64,000 bases of DNA from a virus: positions 32,001-96,000 of the IMG/VR virus record IMGVR_UViG_3300047160_002053, one strand, 5' to 3'. Positions 56,961 to 63,348 of the stretch are shown here, piece after piece. Both the position numbers and the translations under genes were made by a program. Below the pieces are notes generated by a model. It had not been told where the DNA came from. It worked only from the letters and a program-made list of their open reading frames with translations, and searched no databases. Every line of letters begins with the position of its first letter. Position 1 is the first letter of the stretch.

Positions 56961-57236
56961 TTACCACTCCAGCCTGAATGCCAGTGTACATCTTTCTTTG
57001 CCGATTTGCAAACTAAAATGGTTCGGTAGACGCACTGTGCCAGTTCCTCCTGCGGCTACATAAAGAAAAGGACCAACGGTAGCGATAACCTTTGGTCCTA
57101 CAAACTCTTCAACTTTCTTTTCATTTGTTTCTACGATCCTTCTAAAATCAGGATGCGTATTGTAATAATGCGCCGATGTTTCGGTGCATCCTTTTGACGT
57201 AGTGCAAGCTAAAAGAACCAGCGCTTCAGGTAGCAT
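56961..57236 (-). CDS. hypothetical envelope-associated protein, paralog of 47173..47517
   Basis: MLPEALVLLAC..C...EKKV...QIG...LAFRLEW. Confidence 0.6.
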   Translation of the reverse strand: MLPEALVLLACTTSKGCTETSAHYYNTHPDFRRIVETNEKKVEEFVGPKVIATVGPFLYVAAGGTGTVRLPNHFSLQIGKERCTLAFRLEW

Positions 57237-57837
57237 TCTCTGCCTGTACGATCTTGATGAGTTCATCAAGCGAAACAGGTGCGTAACCGTTAACATCTAC
57301 GCCGACATTGATCATGAGAGTGCCTTTGGGAGAACGTCGCGTGCGCCATTTTTCATGGACATGACCGCAAATTAAAATCTTGCCGTCATCTTCTGGACGC
57401 CATTTGGCGTACTTATCTCCGCCGTTCTCGATCTCATAAGGACCCGCATACGGGTGATGACACATGCGAACAAGTCCGATGCCAGGCAAATCGACTACAG
57501 TTTGTTCCGGAAGAATCTTAAATCCAAACTCTTCATATTTCTGAATCCATTTGGCGCGATTTTCTTCGGAACGAGATTTTTTATGATAAGAATGGCAGAA
57601 ATCGTGATTACCAGGAACCAAAAGCTTGGTGCCCATGAGACGTTGAGCGTAAGTTTCTACGGCTCGAAAAGCCAAAGAAAAGTCGCCAAGATTGTAAACC
57701 GTGTCTTCCAGCTTTACAATGCTGTTCCATTTTAGAATCATGTCTTCGTTCATCACCGCAGCGTCTGGATATGGACGACTGCAATATTTAATTACGTTTT
57801 GATGCCAGTAATGCTGGTCTGAACTAAAATAAATCAC
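57226..57837 (-). CDS. calcineurin-like metallophosphoesterase
   Basis: SDQH, LGD, GNHD, CHHP, GHVH motifs. Confidence 0.9.
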   Translation of the reverse strand: MIYFSSDQHYWHQNVIKYCSRPYPDAAVMNEDMILKWNSIVKLEDTVYNLGDFSLAFRAVETYAQRLMGTKLLVPGNHDFCHSYHKKSRSEENRAKWIQKYEEFGFKILPEQTVVDLPGIGLVRMCHHPYAGPYEIENGGDKYAKWRPEDDGKILICGHVHEKWRTRRSPKGTLMINVGVDVNGYAPVSLDELIKIVQAENAT

Positions 57838-58460
57838 GGAACCATCCTTTCGATCTCCATACGCACGCGCTCTGGAGTCGTTTTCTGGTAAGCTTCGTTG
57901 AACATCTCTCTACAGGCCCGAAGTGATTTGGGATGACCTTCAAAGCCTAGTTTAGCAAGAAATCGGTAAAAACGGAACACTCTTAAATAATCTTCTCGAA
58001 TTCTATCGTGAGGTCTTCCGATGAATTTGAGGGTACGACTTTTGATATCCGATATTCCTTTGTTTGGATCAATAAATTTTACTTCAACGGGATCGTAATA
58101 GATTGAATTGATCGTAAAATCTCGCCTTGCTGCGTCATCTTCGAGCGTGCCAATTTCAGTTCTATCTGGTCTGCGCCCATCGGTAAATCCTGCTTCTTTA
58201 CGGAAATTTGCAATCTCGAATTGTTGATGCTCTTTGGATACTGCGTAGACAAGGAAGTTTTCTCCAACGGCATCCACTTTCCAACCATTGTTATCGAATT
58301 CTCCACGTAATGTCTCCATATTTGCATCAGTCACAATATCATAGTCTTTAGGCTTACGACCTAACAGCATATCGCGCACGCATCCACCGACAAGATACGT
58401 GTTTTTGCTCGCATTGCGAACCAATAAAAATAACTGCAAAAGTAGCAAATTATCAATCAT
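57834..58460 (-). CDS. class II tRNA nucleotidyltransferase (CCA/poly(A) polymerase head+neck), minimal
   Basis: VGGCVRD, DYD, 'FEIANFR', RRDFTINS, EDYLR..R..RF; only 208 aa. Confidence 0.9.
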   Translation of the reverse strand: MIDNLLLLQLFLLVRNASKNTYLVGGCVRDMLLGRKPKDYDIVTDANMETLRGEFDNNGWKVDAVGENFLVYAVSKEHQQFEIANFRKEAGFTDGRRPDRTEIGTLEDDAARRDFTINSIYYDPVEVKFIDPNKGISDIKSRTLKFIGRPHDRIREDYLRVFRFYRFLAKLGFEGHPKSLRACREMFNEAYQKTTPERVRMEIERMVP

Positions 58461-58744
58461 AGTAACGGCAATTCTTTCAAAAATTCTGACACGTCGCGAC
58501 CATAAGCAGCGAACGCAGTCATAGAATTATCCCAGAAAGGCTCCAGGAATTTTGCTTTATTTCTAGTTGGCACTTTTTTATAAAGTGCTTTCAGTTTTTT
58601 CTCGTCCTTGACGCCAAGATACACGAGGGTTCCATTGGTCCATCCCATCTTTTTCCTCAACAGGAGTTCAGCAAGAGCGTGACCGCCTTGAACTGCCTGC
58701 TGAGCTTTCGACATGTCTGAACGCACAACAACGTACATTTTCAT
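58457..58744 (-). CDS. peptidyl-tRNA hydrolase type 2 (Pth2)-like protein
   Basis: 'KMYVVVRSDMS..Q.AVQ.GHA', 'LV.L.V..E..L', 'F.EP.....TA.A'. Confidence 0.7.
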   Translation of the reverse strand: MKMYVVVRSDMSKAQQAVQGGHALAELLLRKKMGWTNGTLVYLGVKDEKKLKALYKKVPTRNKAKFLEPFWDNSMTAFAAYGRDVSEFLKELPLL

Positions 58745-58747
58745 AAA

Positions 58748-59869
58748 TCACTCGAAATAGTTCGGAACGAAGAAACTTGTGTTCCCTGTAATCAATTTTT
58801 CATCTTCACGGATACCTACGCCAACCGGATCAGCGCCGACAATCCAGCTACCAATCACAGGACGGTATCCACCGATTTCTGGAAGAGTGAAAAGCTCCTG
58901 ATAAATATGGCCTTCTTCGCCATATTCTCCGTCTTTTTCTTGAAGAGTTTTGCCAGTTTCGTCAACCAAAGTAACGTTGGCACCTTCGCGAGAAAAGATA
59001 GGCTTTTTCACGTATCCCTTGCCTTGAAGCGGCTCGAACTTAGATTCAAGCAGCAAAGGGTGATTAGGATACATTTCCCAGAGAATTGGGAGCAAACCTT
59101 TATTTGACAAGATCATCTTCCATGCTGGCTCAATTAGACGGCATTTGTCTTTCAAAAGAGCCTCGCCAAAATCTTCGTGAACCATGAATTCCCACGGATA
59201 TAGCTTGAACATATATTCAATGACGTTTTCATCGCCATCGTAAAAATACTCGCCATCACATCCAACTTCGTCTATGAAAAGGAATTCAACGTTGTGACCG
59301 GCTTGTTGAGCAAGATCCATGATGTATTCTGTATTGCGGAAATCCTCAAGACTTTCACGAACACACGTAAAATAGATCTTTGAAGGATTTTCTTTTTCTT
59401 TCAAATACTTCCATTGTTCAATAGAAGCTTCATGGATCGAATTGAATTGGTCCTTAAGCTTACGATCTTCTTTCCAATACCACTGGATCAATCCAGCTTC
59501 CAGAAAAGAAGTAGGAGTGTCCGCATTGTATTCGTACATTTTGATTTGCCCATCTTTCATAGCCAAATCAAAGCGGCCATAGAACGTGAAGTCATCTCGT
59601 TCCCACGACTTTTTGATCAATGGAATACACACATCGGGAATTTGAAGTTTCGCAAAAAGATTTTTGTCGATGACATGTTGCACTGCTGCAAGACACATGT
59701 CTGAAAGCTCTTTAGATGCTGCATAAAGCTTTTCAACTTCTTCAGAAGTGAATTTATAGCCAGCTTTTTCTTGCCAGTACGGAATATCATCTACAGTGTG
59801 ATAGTCAAACCCGTATTCCTGCAAGCGTTTCAGATAATCAGTGCGGAAAAAGAATTTTTCTCGTTTCAC
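58748..59869 (-). CDS. glutathionylspermidine-synthase-like ATP-grasp ligase (YgiC/YjfC family)
   Basis: YGRFD, YEYNADTPT, FKLYPWE, EPAWKMILSNK.LL..LW, KPIFSREGANV, GIRED. True start is GTG 59869 (GGAGG RBS), not 60037. Confidence 0.92.
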   Translation of the reverse strand: MKREKFFFRTDYLKRLQEYGFDYHTVDDIPYWQEKAGYKFTSEEVEKLYAASKELSDMCLAAVQHVIDKNLFAKLQIPDVCIPLIKKSWERDDFTFYGRFDLAMKDGQIKMYEYNADTPTSFLEAGLIQWYWKEDRKLKDQFNSIHEASIEQWKYLKEKENPSKIYFTCVRESLEDFRNTEYIMDLAQQAGHNVEFLFIDEVGCDGEYFYDGDENVIEYMFKLYPWEFMVHEDFGEALLKDKCRLIEPAWKMILSNKGLLPILWEMYPNHPLLLESKFEPLQGKGYVKKPIFSREGANVTLVDETGKTLQEKDGEYGEEGHIYQELFTLPEIGGYRPVIGSWIVGADPVGVGIREDEKLITGNTSFFVPNYFE

Positions 59870-59870
59870 A

Positions 59871-60359
59871 TTAACCTCCGATGCTCGCGTGACCGTAAGA
59901 TCCGAATCCTCCACGGCTGATCGCCTTGCCAGAAACTCCTGTTCCAGCTGCGCGGCCAGAAGTAGCGACCGCTGCCTTTCCGACAGTAGCTTCAACGCCG
60001 CCGCCCGATGCGATCTGAGTGTGAGTGAAAGTTTCACCAGTTTGATAGATCACGCCGCGAGAATAAACCGTAGAGCGACCGATCCAGTAGCCGTTGTAAA
60101 ATCCGCTGTGGCCATAGTAACGATATGGATACGCAGGGCCAAGATAATAAGTCTCACCGTTTTGAGTGACTTTCTCGCAAAGCTTCGACGGATCAAAATC
60201 ATCGTCATCGTCGAGATTTTTTGCAATCTCAGCTTTCGGATTATCGTTAACGCAGTCACCTTCAGAACCGTATTTATTTCGGACATCTGCATCCGGACGG
60301 CTCGAACAGGAGATCAAGGCGAACATCGAAAGAGGGAGTAAAAGTGTACGTTTTTTCAT
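59871..60359 (-). CDS. YgiB/YjfM (DUF1190)-like lipoprotein
   Basis: Lipobox LISC, Cys pair, Gly-rich tail 'SRGGFGSYGHASIGG'; immediately upstream of the YgiC homolog. Confidence 0.75.
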   Translation of the reverse strand: MKKRTLLLPLSMFALISCSSRPDADVRNKYGSEGDCVNDNPKAEIAKNLDDDDDFDPSKLCEKVTQNGETYYLGPAYPYRYYGHSGFYNGYWIGRSTVYSRGVIYQTGETFTHTQIASGGGVEATVGKAAVATSGRAAGTGVSGKAISRGGFGSYGHASIGG

Positions 60360-60889
60360 CGTTTATACGCTCCTAGCGGGTGATTTATTCCTAAAATCCT
60401 CATAGCCCATAGCTTATCACCATATTGAAAGCCATGCAAGGTCGAAGTGTGAACAAAATTCTCTTTTTGAGACTCTAACATATCGGAATCATCGTCGATT
60501 ATAACGTAATCGGTGACTTCTGGATGTCTATTTAGCCAGTCTTGAATTTCTTCTCCGCGTGGTTTACCAGGAAAACGCGGAGTAACGTCAATAACTGCCT
60601 GCGACACGAGCTTAGCGGGAGAAAGAATATTCTTAAGCGATTCTACGGTTTCTCCTAAACGCCAAGTAGATGAAACGACAATTTTAAGATCTGGGACTTC
60701 TCGAATCAAATCCTCTACGTTATTCAGAGCAATGGGATCAAATTCCTGGGCAAGATATTCTTTTAGAGAACCTTTCCAATCTTCATACATCTCATTTTCC
60801 CATTTAGTTTGATCCCTCTTGTGACGCCAAAAGTTAAAGGATTGATGAGAATTTAAGACGCCATCAAAATCTAGGAATATAACTCTCAT
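60356..60889 (-). CDS. second 'Swiss Army Knife' RNA-repair-like HAD phosphatase
   Basis: IFLDFDGVLN, IVVSSTWR, RGEEIQDWL..HPEV, YVIIDDDSDM. Confidence 0.85.
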   Translation of the reverse strand: MRVIFLDFDGVLNSHQSFNFWRHKRDQTKWENEMYEDWKGSLKEYLAQEFDPIALNNVEDLIREVPDLKIVVSSTWRLGETVESLKNILSPAKLVSQAVIDVTPRFPGKPRGEEIQDWLNRHPEVTDYVIIDDDSDMLESQKENFVHTSTLHGFQYGDKLWAMRILGINHPLGAYKR

Positions 60890-61257
60890 GGCTTTTCCAT
60901 ATCGCAATGATAACACACGATTTTAGTATGCGTGAAACCAACTTCCACCCATTTGTGATCGCATCCCTTTTTTTCTTCTTCTGGAGGCATGTAACCATAA
61001 AAAGGATTCCATGTGCTGCTTTTAGGAAGCTTATCGTTAGTATCAGCTGGTGCGTAATCTACTCCAATTTCATTTCCATGTTCATCAATTTTTGTCCATA
61101 TAGCAAAGGCATCAGACATCGCGTATGGAATAGGGCCTTTATCAGGGAAAGAATCCCATGTAACCCAAATATGATCGGATGCCGTGGAAACATAATCCAC
61201 TTTGCCGGTCAGACCATTTTCATTAACAATGAAGCGATCTCCCTTATTTAATTTCAT
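60886..61257 (-). CDS. hypothetical protein (SH3-like N-term, Cys/His C-term)
   Basis: 'KLNKGDR...G.V' and 'CDHKW...CYHC'. Confidence 0.65.
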   Translation of the reverse strand: MKLNKGDRFIVNENGLTGKVDYVSTASDHIWVTWDSFPDKGPIPYAMSDAFAIWTKIDEHGNEIGVDYAPADTNDKLPKSSTWNPFYGYMPPEEEKKGCDHKWVEVGFTHTKIVCYHCDMEKP

Positions 61258-61403
61258 GGCTTATCCTTATGTTTTTTCTTGCGTGTGTATTTAGTTTTAT
61301 CTGGAACTATTTTTGTGTAATGTACTCCAGCACGAGGAGCTTTCTGCGAAAGCTTTTTTAGCTCCTCTTTCTGTTTTTTCGTGAATGCAGATACCTTTTT
61401 CAT
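61254..61403 (-). CDS. ArfA-like small basic protein (49 aa, not in ORF track)
   Basis: MKKVSAFTKKQKEELKKLSQKAPRAGVHYTKIVPDKTKYTRKKKHKDKP; ATGA overlap with the next gene. Confidence 0.55.
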   Translation of the reverse strand: MKKVSAFTKKQKEELKKLSQKAPRAGVHYTKIVPDKTKYTRKKKHKDKP

Positions 61404-61409
61404 AAAAAC

Positions 61410-61440
61410 AGAATAGTAAACTTTACCTAAAAAGTAAAGT
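61410..61440 (-). promoter_or_regulatory. sigma70-type promoter (leaderless) with palindrome
   Basis: TTTACT-17-TATTCT, 6 nt before ATG 61403; perfect ACTTTAC-N7-GTAAAGT inverted repeat. Confidence 0.6.
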
Positions 61441-61643
61441 TATTTCTGAAATGCTGCGAAGAGTAAAGATACGCCAATAGAAGGCAGCAGCGTGAACAGG
61501 GAGATCATCGTATGGATGAATAGGATCGTCAGCGCAACGCCGTTTGACGCAGGGTAGTGTAGGCCGATGTTGGCGCTACACATCAGAATCAGAGTTTGAA
61601 TCAGGGCCAGGTTTACCAGGGCTTTCAATAGAAGCTTTTTCAT
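61440..61643 (-). CDS. two-TM small membrane protein
   Basis: AAGGAG RBS; hydrophobic throughout. Confidence 0.65.
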   Translation of the reverse strand: MKKLLLKALVNLALIQTLILMCSANIGLHYPASNGVALTILFIHTMISLFTLLPSIGVSLLFAAFQK

Positions 61644-62485
61644 TTTGATCTCCTTCAGTCTTCAGGATATCGCTATCGTATCTAAATGTCCAGCCTTTAT
61701 GTTGCTTTCTTCCCTGTTTATTCGTAAGAACACGACTTACATTAGAATTTTGTAAATTCAATGCCTTAGCGCATTCTTTGCCTGACTCAAAATGAAACTC
61801 TTGTTGAGTAGCCAAATTAGTAGCAACGACTGGCTTGCGAATCTTAGGATACAAATTTTTATTCCTGCTTTCCTTACGGGCCTCTGAATCAAACCCATTT
61901 CTAGATTTGGACATAGAATCTACATGAGACGCGGAAAGCTTAGCGCCTTTTCTTGGATTTCCATTTTTTGCAAATTTCTCTTTTATATCTTTTTTGGTTT
62001 TTTCTTTATGACACTTTGCACAAAGTATTTGATGATTATTTAATCCAAGAGCGGTTCCACCAAGAGAAATGGCCATAATATGGTCCACTTCCGGTCGAAT
62101 ACTAATGGGAATCAATTTTTTGAAGCGCCGCATGACCAATTCAATGGATCTTGACGGTATGTCAGTTTCATAAAATTTGCTGTTTTTGGTAATCGCAGCA
62201 GAAAGATATTGCTGCCAAGAAACAGGGCAAGAAGCACATGAATTATTCTGTTTTTTTAGTAATTCATATAGACCATGAGCAGACTGAGGTCGTCCCCATG
62301 CCAATGCAGCTTTAATACATTGGTCATCCCCGCACCAACGTCGTTTTTGCGCCGGTTAGGGGTTCCAGGCACCAGACGCAGCATTTCTTAAGTCCTTCCG
62401 GTAACTTAAGGTTCCCAAGCGGATACATTCTCTTCTTGGAAGTCTTCGTAATCTCTGGAATTAAAGGGTTTTTACACTCTTTCAT
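61576..62485 (-). pseudogene. HNH homing endonuclease with NUMOD3/NUMOD1-like DNA-binding domains, split by a 1-nt frameshift
   Basis: C-part: EVDHI...GG...NHQILCAKCH.EKT, 'F.SG.ECAK.L....SNVS..L', 'HKGWTF.Y'. N-part from ATG 62485 (..CVWC..) joins in frame if one A of the A5 run (T5 at 62344-62348) is skipped. Confidence 0.7.
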
Positions 62486-62506
62486 GCTCTCTTTATATCA
62501 CGCGCC

Positions 62507-62513
62507 AATCTTA
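62507..62513 (+). promoter_or_regulatory. AATCTTA candidate late promoter
   Basis: 5 nt upstream of ATG 62519. Confidence 0.45.
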
Positions 62514-62518
62514 AGAGC

Positions 62519-62878
62519 ATGAGTACGCCAACTAAAAATCAATCCCAAACGAATGCCCAAGCTGCAAATGACGCCCTAGTCGCTGCGGCTAATCAGATTT
62601 TCATAGACAATACTGACGCAGCGATTCAAAAAGCGATTGATCAGGGTGTCTTTTTCGTTGATTCGATGGCATTTGATAGAAACGTAAATCCGCAGCAAGT
62701 TTTCCAGTATTACACGGATCTAGGCTACAATGTCAGCTTTCCTGACTATATTGTAAACCAACAACTCGAACCAGCACAGCTGTTTGGTGATTTTTGGATC
62801 AATTACTGGCGCAACAATTTGTTGCCTCGTATCGGAGACAAATATCCGATTCGCTTCCTAATCAGCTGGAAGCCTTAA
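62519..62878 (+). CDS. hypothetical protein (119 aa), possibly late/virion
   Basis: Lone + strand gene in a - strand region, preceded by AATCTTA. Confidence 0.7.
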   Translation: MSTPTKNQSQTNAQAANDALVAAANQIFIDNTDAAIQKAIDQGVFFVDSMAFDRNVNPQQVFQYYTDLGYNVSFPDYIVNQQLEPAQLFGDFWINYWRNNLLPRIGDKYPIRFLISWKP

Positions 62879-63348
62879 TCCAGTCTATTGCGAATTTCTG
62901 CGATCAGGTCCTCAATCATATTGACCTGTTTTACGCCATAGCGCTCGCACACAATATCGACATTTCCTTTGCGCCAAAAACCTTCTGGGCAGCAAACGAT
63001 CAGTTCCGGATGACGATCTTCTCCGGAATCCTTGGCGTGAAGACCAAGTTCAAGAAGTGAAATCGGCGACATAGTTGCCGGATCAAAATACATCACAATT
63101 AAATCAGACTGCTCAAGAGCACGAAGTTCCCATTGGACTTGTTCTTTGAATTGCGGATTCGTGATTTTTTGTTCCCAAGAAGAATCCCAATCGTCTCTGC
63201 GCGGATTCAGTATAACACAGTTCAAATCAGATAGCGCATTCGTCACGCGAGTTTGCCAATCTTCTGCCTTGCCCATTTCAATTGAACCGGCCAAGAAAAT
63301 ATTGAACCATCCTAAATCAAGTTCCTGTGGTGCTTTGATTACCTTCAC
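62875..63348 (-). CDS. nucleoside 2-deoxyribosyltransferase-like protein
   Basis: IFLAGSIEMG, DWQ, NPRRDDW, QVQWEL, SPISLLELG. Confidence 0.85.
   Translation of the reverse strand: MKVIKAPQELDLGWFNIFLAGSIEMGKAEDWQTRVTNALSDLNCVILNPRRDDWDSSWEQKITNPQFKEQVQWELRALEQSDLIVMYFDPATMSPISLLELGLHAKDSGEDRHPELIVCCPEGFWRKGNVDIVCERYGVKQVNMIEDLIAEIRNRLD

Noticed and set aside
58748-60037. Track start sites giving long N-terminal extensions (GspS-like at 60037, nrdA at 54782, SLT at 21971)
   Set aside because: The extensions overlap upstream genes or promoters, and downstream starts with clear Shine-Dalgarno sequences match the family N-termini.
44065-63348. Hypermodified-base pathway inferred from MazG, NT5C, NDT-like and aminotransferase genes
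   Set aside because: ThyX points to ordinary dTMP synthesis. No hydroxymethylase, PurZ, 7-deazaguanine or glycosyltransferase gene is present in this window.
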